NCBI GenBank assembly: GCA_040218735.1
Contig: JAVJQW010000003.1
Coordinates: forward strand, 32,001-96,000
Reading direction: 5' to 3'
Origin: Deltaproteobacteria bacterium
Lineage (GTDB): Bacteria > Myxococcota > Kuafuiibacteriia > Kuafuiibacteriales > Kuafuiibacteriaceae
Length of the DNA stretch: 64,000 bases
The translations under genes were made by a program, and so were the position numbers. The notes below the pieces were generated by a model. That model had not been told where the DNA came from, did not search any database, and saw nothing but the letters and a program-made list of their open reading frames with translations. Shown piece after piece: positions 20,901 through 29,400 of the stretch (the stretch's first letter is position 1; every line of letters starts with the position of its first letter).

Positions 20901-23900
20901 GGCGCCGTCCTCCTCGACGTACGCTTCGCCGACGAATGCGTCCGGCAGCCCGTTGGTCGAAAAGATCACGCCGTCCTGTTCGCGGATCGTGACGACGAAG
21001 CGGTTCACGTCGAAGTCGCCGCGCCCGTCCGTCACGCGCATCGTGAACGAGTACTCACCGACGCGCGATGGCGTCCCGTAGATCCGCCCGCGCTCGTGGA
21101 GCAGGCCCTCGGGCAACGTCCCCGACACGAGTCCGAACGTGAACGGCGAGACGCCGGACCCCATCGCGGCGCGGACCGTCTCGTCGTACACCGAGCCGAT
21201 CCGTCCGTCCGGGAGGAGCTCGGAGGAGAACCGCACCGTGTCCTGCGACGTCACCACGCGGAGCGCGAGCTCGGCCTCCGCGAAGCCGCCCGTCGCGTCC
21301 TCGACGCGCACCACGAGGTTCGACAGCGCCGTCGCCCCCGGCGTCCCCGAGATGACACCGTCGGCGTCGAGCGTGAGCCCCGGCGGCAAGCCGTCCGCGC
21401 CGACCTCCGACCAGACGAACGGCGGCACCCCGCCGAACGCGGTGAGCGGGTAGCGGTACGGCCGACCGAGGAAGCCAGGCGGCAGCGCGCGCGTGATCAC
21501 CGAGACCTCGACGGCGGTCGGGGCGACGAGCAGGTTGTAGCGGCGCTCCGCGATCAACACGCCGTCGGTGACACGCACCGTGACGTCGAAGAGGCCCTCG
21601 ACCTCGGGGGTGCCGGCGAGCCGGCCACTCGCGTCGAGCGCGAGGCCGGTCGGCAACGCACCGTCCGCGACCGACCACATGAGCGGCCCCGTGCCGCCGC
21701 GCGCGGCGAGCACCACGTCGTACTCGACGGCGAGCGTCGCGAGCGGGAGCGCGTCGGTGAGGATCGTCAGCCCGCTCGGGAGCACCTCGACGGTCGTGGC
21801 CGAGACGGCGACGTTGTTCGACTCCACCAGCTCCGCGACGAGGTCGTCCGGATCCGCAACGACCCCCACGTAGTACGGGCCGGGCGCGAGCGTGGACGGG
21901 ACGACGAACACGTCCACGCGGGTGTGCGCCGTCCCGGCGGAGACGGTGACGGTGCGGCGGCCGGCGCGCACGTCGTTGGCGTCGATCGTGTCGTCGACGG
22001 AGAAGACCACCTCGTACTCCGCGGCGGCGTCCGCGTTGCCGCCGTTGTTGATCATGCGCGCGATCGACATCGACTCCCCGGCGGCCGCGAGCGGCGGCAG
22101 CTCGACGCGCGTCGGCGCGAGGTCCGCGGCGGGGTCGCGCACCTGCACCGGGTCCATGGTGCGCGCGATGTTGTTGTTCGGATTGTCCTCGGCGACGGTA
22201 CTGAGTGTATTCGTGATGACACCGACGTAGTACGGCCCGACCGCGAGCATCGCGGGCACGACGACGTTGTGCACGAACGTCCGACGCTCGCCGGGCGCGA
22301 GGCTGACGGGGCCGAACGAAGCCAGCTCGATGTCCGAGATCGCGCTGATGAGCTGGTTGTCGGAGAGGTAGATCGCGTACGAGAAGCCGTTGGCGTCGGC
22401 GCCGCCGCCGTTTTCGATGTCGACCGACACCTCGAGCACCTCCGCGCGGAACGCAAACGGACCAGGCACGGTGAGCGAGCGCGCGATGATGTCGGCGAGG
22501 CGCACCTCGATCGTCGTGGTGCTCACGCCGACGTTGTTCGTCTCGTCGGCCTCCACGATCGTGTCGTTCGGATCCACTTCGACGATCACGTAGAAGTGAC
22601 CGCCCGTGATGTCGGCCGGCACCGTGAACGTGGTGTCGAAGCGCGTCGCCGGCGTCGCCGGGACCGCGACGGTCGCCGACGCGACGAGGCGATCCTGGGC
22701 GTCGAGCGTCGTGTCCGCCGAGAAGTAGATCGCGTACGGCACGGCGGGGTGCTCACCGCCAAAGTTGAGGAGGTCGACGGGGACGGTGAGCGATTGGTCG
22801 GGGCCGGTCTCGGCCGGCGCGGACACCGAAGCGCCGAAGTCGAGGCCGACCAGGAAGCGGTCCGTGAAGCGCGACGTGTTGTTGGTCTCGATCGTCTCGG
22901 CGACGACGTCGTTCGGGTCGACGATCGCGCCGATCGAATAGTACCCGGACGCCACCACCGGGACGGTCGTCGCGAGGGTCTGCGACGCGGCGGCTCCTGC
23001 GCCGAGGTTGGCGAACGACACGGTCCCGAGGAGCGTGTCGCTCGCTTCGATCGTCCCGTCGGTCGAGAAGTAGACGTTGGCGTCGAACCCCGCGCCGGTC
23101 GGTGCGTTGCCGAGGTTGCGTGCGGTGACGGACACCGAGATCGCGGCGCCGGGCGCGCCGCCGCTCGGCGGTGCGCCGTTGACGGTCAGCTCGGGGCCGA
23201 CGGGGATGACGAACTGAATCACCTGGTCGGTGAGGGACTGGAGTGTGGTGTACGGGCAGAAGTCCGGCGCGACGTCCGCGCACGGTTCGCCGACGAGGCC
23301 GAGGCCGCCCGTGTGGTCCTCGATGCCCATCGTGCCGCTCCACTCGCTGTCGCCGTTGGTGTTCGACACGTACGGGCCGTAGTGCATCGTCACGGCGCCG
23401 GTGAGCTCTTCGAGCCGCACTTGGAACGTCCCGGTCGCGGCGGTCGTCGCCGGGAAGTGCTTCACGTTGCTGTACTCGACGACGAACGAGCGCTGGCCCG
23501 CCGTCCCCTGCGTGGCGTAGCGGACCTGGCCGCCGTCGAGGTGCAGGTCGTCCCACCACAGCGCGATGATGCGATCCGGATCCGCGGTGGCCGGGAGGCC
23601 CCCCGCGCCCGCGCCGACGTTCGGGTAGTCGACGCAGCGGTTGTTGGAGCACTGGGTGCCGAAGGTCAGCGAGCAGTCGAGGAGTGAGTTGCAGGAGGAC
23701 GCGAGGATCAACGCGCCGTTCGTGCTGATGGTGACGTGGGTATACGTCTGGCCGAAGTACTCGAACGTGAAGCCGAGCGGGACCTGCAGGACGTCGTCGT
23801 CCGGCGTCGGGAAGTTGGCGACGGTCGCGCCGGTGAGCGGCACGTAGGGGGCCGCGTACTGCGTCCGAATGTAGCCGCCGGTCTGCGCGACGGCGTGGGT

Positions 23901-23957
23901 CGTCACGACCGAGAGGACGAGCCCGACGAGGGCGCTCAGAGTTCGTTGCGCGCGCAC
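17985..23957 (-). CDS. Giant surface 'polyprotein' 1 (1990 aa): two head/CARDB/He_PIG units, each ending in MYXO-CTERM, with an internal signal peptide
   Basis: Signal ...VTTHAVA-Q; head VPLGFTFEYFGQTYTHVTISTNG; 4 CARDB + 4 He_PIG; internal GCGC...WAWLLLGALLLRRRRRWPWVLLMLLVTNEASA-Q; second head, 2 CARDB + 4 He_PIG; terminal GCRC...LLLLVLPLLFRRRV. Confidence 0.88.
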   Translation of the reverse strand: MRAQRTLSALVGLVLSVVTTHAVAQTGGYIRTQYAAPYVPLTGATVANFPTPDDDVLQVPLGFTFEYFGQTYTHVTISTNGALILASSCNSLLDCSLTFGTQCSNNRCVDYPNVGAGAGGLPATADPDRIIALWWDDLHLDGGQVRYATQGTAGQRSFVVEYSNVKHFPATTAATGTFQVRLEELTGAVTMHYGPYVSNTNGDSEWSGTMGIEDHTGGLGLVGEPCADVAPDFCPYTTLQSLTDQVIQFVIPVGPELTVNGAPPSGGAPGAAISVSVTARNLGNAPTGAGFDANVYFSTDGTIEASDTLLGTVSFANLGAGAAASQTLATTVPVVASGYYSIGAIVDPNDVVAETIETNNTSRFTDRFLVGLDFGASVSAPAETGPDQSLTVPVDLLNFGGEHPAVPYAIYFSADTTLDAQDRLVASATVAVPATPATRFDTTFTVPADITGGHFYVIVEVDPNDTIVEADETNNVGVSTTTIEVRLADIIARSLTVPGPFAFRAEVLEVSVDIENGGGADANGFSYAIYLSDNQLISAISDIELASFGPVSLAPGERRTFVHNVVVPAMLAVGPYYVGVITNTLSTVAEDNPNNNIARTMDPVQVRDPAADLAPTRVELPPLAAAGESMSIARMINNGGNADAAAEYEVVFSVDDTIDANDVRAGRRTVTVSAGTAHTRVDVFVVPSTLAPGPYYVGVVADPDDLVAELVESNNVAVSATTVEVLPSGLTILTDALPLATLAVEYDVVLAARGGTGPLMWSVADGALPTGLALDASGRLAGTPEVEGLFDVTVRVTDGVLIAERRYNLLVAPTAVEVSVITRALPPGFLGRPYRYPLTAFGGVPPFVWSEVGADGLPPGLTLDADGVISGTPGATALSNLVVRVEDATGGFAEAELALRVVTSQDTVRFSSELLPDGRIGSVYDETVRAAMGSGVSPFTFGLVSGTLPEGLLHERGRIYGTPSRVGEYSFTMRVTDGRGDFDVNRFVVTIREQDGVIFSTNGLPDAFVGEAYVEEDGAEVQIDVVAANAQARPTLSILSGNLPPGLAMDGLGKITGEPRSVGVFSFVVLAQDDLGQQSVRAFGISVSERITPTNGGGDDGCGCQASSGRGVAWAWLLLGALLLRRRRRWPWVLLMLLVTNEASAQAYFTETIAAPYVARSDLTQVTFPPPLYDDEEVIIPIPFAFTYFGGSYTQLRATTNGYITFGAGPVGFNNTLFPSSIAPDAVIAPIWDDLRATVIDFGVDGVAPNRVLVLQYTDAHVLGNATSGRPQVQLRLYEGREGRFEIHYGPVLSMTDPLAWSASIGFEDATGSNGATLAPCTPNCSGTDIAALENAFFRARLDVGPELVAAAVTAPDQVFEGVPFDVDVRINSLSSQVLGPFRYELHLVPEGSTQTGHVVYRSAPTTLAPFELGVRTATTAVPLPTPPGDYRLILVVDADDDVAEIDEANNTAVTLDAFTIASRRPDFEVVSIESTPTDAAPGETIDVTLRLANTGNIGQTTGWSVRLSENVVITADDLEIDAGTVMLDPSATATITRSITLPNDVRPGRYELGAIVDPANDHLEIDDLANTGVAAAPFTVRTGQLEVLTASLPRAYLGVDYTTFVFAAGGDGRFTWSVAGGALPDGLTLDAATGEISGRATMEVTSDVTLQVDSAGVSATRTFSLEVANPRAGIAIVTRDLLPGVVGAAYPPAPAGATSDQLQRIVAVGGTGGYQFSLVTTPPPGLEMDPSGLLTGVPRQDGIFELTVEVTDGTDTARADLVLTVGEPGRLTIVAALLPDGRLGDEYTYQLQVIGQTPTSSVTFTSPGPLPDGIVLSPGGRLVGIPQGVGTREFLVNAVENGAGATSDTATFRLTILHEGGFSITPSTLPLGVAGEPYSVELRTRSGEPPLTWRVLGPAFHQGVMWTVDPNAGAPILTIAGTPQQTGVVSVLVTVTDDRGRYAQAPFSLLVNAPPPVPPIEQGCRCVRGRGRGWTLLLLVLPLLFRRRV
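20520..20670 (-). other. Internal MYXO-CTERM + signal-peptide junction of polyprotein 1
   Basis: GGGDDGCGCQASSGRGVAWAWLLLGALLLRRRRRWPWVLLMLLVTNEASAQ with no stop codon. Confidence 0.85.
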
Positions 23958-24015
23958 GAGAGCTGGGAGCGTAAGCCCGCCGACACACGACCGTCGAGGG
24001 CGGATCGGCCGGTGC

Positions 24016-26484
24016 TCAACGAACGCGGCGCGGACGAACGGGGATCAGGAGGAGCAGGAGCAACAGGCTCCAGGCGGCCCCGCGCCGTGACGTCGTGGTG
24101 CACCCGCAGCCGCCCTCCTCCTCCACGGGCGGCGGCGGGTCGACCACCACGAGCGGGAACACCGCCTCCGCGACGCGGAGGTTCTTGTCGGTACAGCGCA
24201 CCGTGAACGGCCACGTCCCGCGCGCTTCGGGGACGCCACGAATGAAGAGCGCGTTCGTGGTCTCGTCGCCGTCCTTCTGCGTCGACGTGAGGCCGGGCGG
24301 CAGGAACCCTTCGCTGCGCACGACCTCGCAGAGGAACGGACGCGCGCCGCCGTTGACCTCGATCGTCACGTCGTAGTCCGCACCGAGGACGGCTTCGGGG
24401 ATCCGGTCGGTCGTGATGCGCAACAGGCCGTCGGAGCGCACCACGAGCTCGAGCAGCGAGGTGTCGGTCTGTCCCGCCGCGTCCGTCGCCTGCACCAGGA
24501 ACCGCTGCGGGCCGGCGAGCTCCGGGATGCCGTTCACGAGCCCCTCCTCCGCCACGACGATCCCCGGCGGCAGCTCCGTGAGCACGCGCCACCTGAGCGG
24601 CGGCGTCCCACCCGACGCAAACAGCGTCTGGGTGTAGGGCTCCTGGAGCGTCGCGTCGGGGAGCGCGCCGCTCACGACGGTGAGGTTCCCGGGCGCGCGC
24701 ACCTCGAGGCTGTACGCGACGGTCGCCGTGTTTGCGTCTTCGTCGCTGACCTCGACCGTGAACACCGCGATCCCGGAGGCCCCGGGGACGCCGACGACGT
24801 GCCCGTCGGTGCGCAGCTCGAGGCCGTCCGTCGGGCGCCCCGCGATCGTGCGGAAGCGGTACGGCGGGCGTCCGCCGACGGCGCGCAGCGCGACGTCGTA
24901 GTCCGCGCCGACGTAGCCGTCGGGGAGGTCGCGGGTGACGAGTCGGAGGGGGTAGTCGGGGTCGAGCACGGTGAGCGTGAAGTCGGCAGTGCTCGTCACG
25001 TCACCGCTGCGCACGCGGACGGAGATCGGGTGGTCGCCGACGCCGAGGGGCACGCCGTAGATGCGCCCTCCTTGGAACGCCACGCCGGGCGGGACCGTTC
25101 CACTGGATAGACTCCACACAAAAGAACCATCGCCGCCGGCGGCTTCGAGGGTCACGTCGTAGGGGACGCCGAGGACGGCCACGGGGAGCGACGGAGTCAG
25201 GACCGCGACGTCGTCGGAGATCACCGTCACGGTTTGGCCTGACGCGAGGATGTTGTTCCGTTCGTCGAGCTCCGCGACCGCAAACGCAGGGTCGACGACG
25301 AGGCCGAGGCGGTAGCGGCCGGTCGGGAGCTCGGGGAGCGTCGGGGTGATCGTGGCGGAGCTCGATTCGAGTGAGTCGAGCGTGTACGTCGCGACCGGCC
25401 CGAGGCGGTGGTCCCAGAGGGAGATGGTGTCGTTCTTCGAGAGCACGACCTGCGCGTCGAACGTCGCGGGGACGTTGCCGAAGTTGTCGACGGTGTACGT
25501 CAGCTCGAGCGTCCCACCCGGCGCCGCCGTGGAGGCGCGCGGGACGATGCGTCGCGCCCGAAGGTCCGGGCCGCGCCCGTCGATCGACACCACCCCCGAG
25601 AAGGCGACGTTGTTCGTCTCGTCGATCTCCGCGATCACGTCGGCGGCGTCGATGGTGATCGCGACGCGGTAGTCACCGTCCTGCGTGGCGATCGGTACGA
25701 GCAGATCGAACGACGCCTCCTGCGTCGCGAACCCCGGGAGCGTGACGGGGCCCGACGTGTAGAGCACCGGCGCTCCGACCGTCGACGTCGCCGCAGGGTC
25801 GAGCAGCTGCGCCTGGAACGTGAACGGCCCGAGCGGCATCCCGTGGCGGCTCGCGAGGCGCACCGTGACGGGCAGCGGCCGGCCCGCGACGGTGGTCTCG
25901 TCGGTGCTCACCGCGGTGACGGTGAGATCCTCGCCGATGTCCTCCAGGATCGTGATCTTCGTGTCCTGCAGCGACTGCACCTGCCCGGTGGAGCACGGCG
26001 TCGCGCCGACACACGGCCCGACGAACATCCCCTGGCTCGGGCTCGGCGCTTCGATCCCGATGCGCGCCATGAAGTCAGTGAAGTTGCCGGGCACGTTGAT
26101 CCCCGGGCGCGCCTCGCCGTAGCGCATCTCGATCGTGGAGCGGGCGCCTTCGTAGAGCGTCACCGAGAAATCGACGTCACTCGCCATCGTGTCGTCGGCG
26201 AAGTGCCGAACGTTGCGCCACTCGATCGTGACGCGCCCCGCACCCGGCGTGACGTCGACCTCGTAGTAGATGCCGACGCCCGCGTTCACGAAGCCGACGC
26301 ACCCGTTCACGCTCGAGCACCAGTCGGCCCACAGCGGCGCGACGTAGCCGTTCGGAAAGTCGGTGCTGGGGTTCGTCGCCGGCGGCAGGTGGTAGCCGTT
26401 GGCGTTGTCGAGGACGGAGACCCAGCCGTTTGCGTTGACCCAGATCGTGCTGTACGCCCCGCCGTACAGCGTCACCGAAAAGGG
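24016..26484 (-). CDS. Unit B of surface polyprotein 2 (head, 2 CARDB, 4 He_PIG, MYXO-CTERM); -1 frame relative to unit A, no own signal peptide or start
   Basis: PFSVTLYGGAYSTIWVNANGWVS continues the head domain begun in the upstream frame (QTEPIQLPF); ends GCGCTTTSRRGAAWSLLLLLLLIPVRPRRVR. Confidence 0.8.
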   Translation of the reverse strand, partial: PFSVTLYGGAYSTIWVNANGWVSVLDNANGYHLPPATNPSTDFPNGYVAPLWADWCSSVNGCVGFVNAGVGIYYEVDVTPGAGRVTIEWRNVRHFADDTMASDVDFSVTLYEGARSTIEMRYGEARPGINVPGNFTDFMARIGIEAPSPSQGMFVGPCVGATPCSTGQVQSLQDTKITILEDIGEDLTVTAVSTDETTVAGRPLPVTVRLASRHGMPLGPFTFQAQLLDPAATSTVGAPVLYTSGPVTLPGFATQEASFDLLVPIATQDGDYRVAITIDAADVIAEIDETNNVAFSGVVSIDGRGPDLRARRIVPRASTAAPGGTLELTYTVDNFGNVPATFDAQVVLSKNDTISLWDHRLGPVATYTLDSLESSSATITPTLPELPTGRYRLGLVVDPAFAVAELDERNNILASGQTVTVISDDVAVLTPSLPVAVLGVPYDVTLEAAGGDGSFVWSLSSGTVPPGVAFQGGRIYGVPLGVGDHPISVRVRSGDVTSTADFTLTVLDPDYPLRLVTRDLPDGYVGADYDVALRAVGGRPPYRFRTIAGRPTDGLELRTDGHVVGVPGASGIAVFTVEVSDEDANTATVAYSLEVRAPGNLTVVSGALPDATLQEPYTQTLFASGGTPPLRWRVLTELPPGIVVAEEGLVNGIPELAGPQRFLVQATDAAGQTDTSLLELVVRSDGLLRITTDRIPEAVLGADYDVTIEVNGGARPFLCEVVRSEGFLPPGLTSTQKDGDETTNALFIRGVPEARGTWPFTVRCTDKNLRVAEAVFPLVVVDPPPPVEEEGGCGCTTTSRRGAAWSLLLLLLLIPVRPRRVR

Positions 26485-26499
26485 AGCTGGATGGGCTCC
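26449..26499 (-). other. Candidate -1 frameshift cassette (or single-base deletion)
   Basis: Minus strand: GGAG (26499-26496), 11 nt, C_CCT_TTT (26484-26478), 7 nt containing the zero-frame TGA, then hairpin GCTGTACG-GCGGGG-CGTACAGC (26470-26449). Confidence 0.45.
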
Positions 26500-29400
26500 G
26501 TCTGACCGTCGCCGAGCCCCGGCACCATCTCGACCGCACCCGGGCCGAGGTGGACGTAGGGCTCCGGCTCCGTGAGCACCTGGTACGGCGTCTGCGCCGA
26601 CGCCGTGGAGGTGAACAAGACGAAGAGCAGACCAAGCCACGAGCGTCGACGGATCAGCGGGACGAGGAGGAGCAGCAGCCCCCAAGCCGCCGCGCCGCTG
26701 CGACGCGAGGTCGTGCACCCGCACCCGTCGCCGCCGGGGCCGGTGGTGTCGGCGTTGGGATCGCGTACGACGATCGCGAGCGCCTGGCGGCGGGTGTCGT
26801 TGGCGTCGGTGCGCGCGAACGCGACGAACGCGTAGGAGCCGGCTTCGGTCGGCGTGCCGCCGATGATGCCGGTCGACGCTTCGAGTGTGAGCCCCGGCGG
26901 GAGCTCACCCAGCACGACGGACCAGGTGACGTCGGTGGCGGAGGCACGAAGGCGAACCGCCTCGCCGCCCTCCGCCGCGTACGGCTGGTTGAGCGTGGCC
27001 TCGGGGAGCGCGGAGTCCGCGTCCGTGCCCGTGACGATCCTGAGCACCCCCTCGGGCGAGACCTCGAGCACGTACGCGTTGCGATCGATGAGCCCCGCGG
27101 TGTCACGAACCTCGACGAGCAGCGGATAGTCTCCCGCGGTGGTCGGCGTGCCGGTGAAGAGCGCGCCGTTGTCGTCGAAAGTCAGGCCGGGCACCTCGCC
27201 ATCGATGCGCCAGGTGTACGGCGTGCCGCCGCCGACCGCGGTGAACTCGAACGTGTACGGCATCCCGACGATCCCGCCCGCGACGTCCGCCTGCTGAATG
27301 CTCACGGAGGTCCGTGCGTCGACGACGTCGAGCGAGAGCGTCCCCCGCACCGTGGTGCCGTTCGCGTCGGTCACGGAGATCTCGAAGTTGAACGCGTTGA
27401 TCAGCTGCGGCTCGCCACCGAGGATGCCGTCGGAGTCGAGCGCGAGCCCGAAGGGCAGCGGATCGATCGACCGCCACACGTAGGGCGGGTTGCCGCCCAC
27501 CGCGACGAGCTCGACGAAGTACCGCTCCAGCGCGAGCGCCGGCGGGAGCCGCGACGACACCAGCGTCAGCGGGATCGTCGGACCCGAGACGATCAGCGTG
27601 TAACTTCGCGTCGCGAACAAGTCGCCGCTGGTCACCGTGATGTCGAACGGGTGCGAACCCTCCGCGCTCATCGCGGGGGTGCCGCTGATCTCGGCGGTCG
27701 CGGCTTCGAACGTGAGGCCAGCCGGCGGCTGCCCGCCGCCCCAATCGATCGACCACGTGTACGGATCGGACCCGCCGACCGCTGCGAAGCGTCGCGCGTA
27801 GGGCACTCCGAACACCGCGTTCGGCGGCGGGGCGGAGACGACGGCGAGGTCGGTCCCCTCGATGACGATCGACGCCGACGCCAGGGTGTTGTTCTGCTCG
27901 AACGTCTCGTCCGCGACGTCGTCCGGGTCGACGATCGCGCCGATGTAATACGTGCCCGACGGTGTGTCGGCGGGGAGCGGGATCCACTCCGCGACGGTGT
28001 CGATGTCCGACGGGTCCAGCGTCACGGGCATCGCCGTCTCGAAGAGCGTGAGGTCGTCGGTGGTGATGCCGGGGTTGGTCGACAGCACGATGCGCAGCGT
28101 CGCGTCGCCGGAAGCGTTGCCGAGGTTCGCGTAGGTGACCGACACCGGCGTGGTCTCTCCGGCGACGGCGCTCGACACCGTGTCGACGGTGAGCGGCACG
28201 AGGTCGGGCGAAGGATCGCGCACCTCGATCGTCTGCGGGCGGACCTCGGTGTTGTTGGTCTCGAGCGACTCGGGCACCGAGTCCTGACAGTCGTAGACGG
28301 CCGCGATGTACCAAGTGCCGGGCGTCGTCCCCGGCGGGATCGTCGGCTCGAGGAGGAGCGTGCGGCGCTCGTTCGCCTGGAGCGTCATCGGCGCGGTCTC
28401 GAGGATCAGGTCGTCGGTGGCCACCGAGATGACCTGGTTGTCCGAGAGGAAGACACACACCGTGAAGTTGGTCGCGCGCGCGCCGCCGGCGTTTCGGAAC
28501 TCGGTGGAGAGCGGGTACGTCTCGCCGCGGAAGCCGAAGTCCCCGCCCACGAAATCGACGCCGACGAGGTCGGGGCCGCGCACGGAGACGGTGGTCGCGG
28601 AGACGAGGACGTTGTTCCCCTCGTCGAGCTCGATCTGTACGTCCTGATCGTCGAGCACCGCGACCGCGTAGTAACTCGGCGGGCTCGGCGGGATGTTCAG
28701 GGGCATCGTCACCGTGACGGTGCCGTTGAAGCGGAAGCCGTTCGGGAGCGTGACGGACGCGGGTCCCAGCGGGAGCGCCGTCATCATGTCGAAGCTCTGC
28801 GTCGGCGACAGATAGAGCTGCACGCCGATCGGTCCGGTGACCGGCGCGCCGTCGGAGCGCACCGAGAAGTTCACGTTGAACGGCTCGCCGGGGCCGCTGT
28901 CCATCGGCGGGAGGATCGTGCCGGTCAGGTCGGGCGCCGTGCCGAACGGGCCGTCGAAGGAGCGGTTGTTGTCCTCGAGCGCCTCCGTCACGGTGTTGCC
29001 GATGTCGACCTTCAGCGCGATGTAGAACTCGCCGAGCGCCGTCCCGGCGGGGACGGTGAGCGTGCGGGTCTGCTGTACCGAAGAGGCCGCCGCGAGGCCC
29101 GCGACGCCGAACGTTCCGAGGACCGCGCTGCCCGCCGTGCTCGTGTTCGTCGGCGCGAGGTAGATGCCGTACTGGAACGGGCCGACCGGCTGCTGGCCGC
29201 TGTTGAAGATCGTGACCTGCACGTCGAACATCTGGTTGGGACGTGCGCCGGCGGGCGCGGTGATCGTGCCGGTGAGCTCCGGCGCGACCGGGAGCTGGAT
29301 GTCGATCGTCTGCCCCTCGACCCAGTTCGGCGTCCCGCACCGCGAGGGGAGGCAGGCGCAGGCCGCGCCGCAGGTCGGGGACATCGACATGAGGTTGATG

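Noticed and set aside
19269-23687. 1472-aa plus-strand ORF (and the similar 26550-30065 ORF)
   Set aside because: Antisense shadows of the polyprotein genes with no recognisable motifs.
26485-26724. Listed start of the 902-aa ORF (MRVHDLASQ...)
   Set aside because: These 80 codons are off-frame sequence overlapping the junction, with no signal peptide; homology begins at the shift site.
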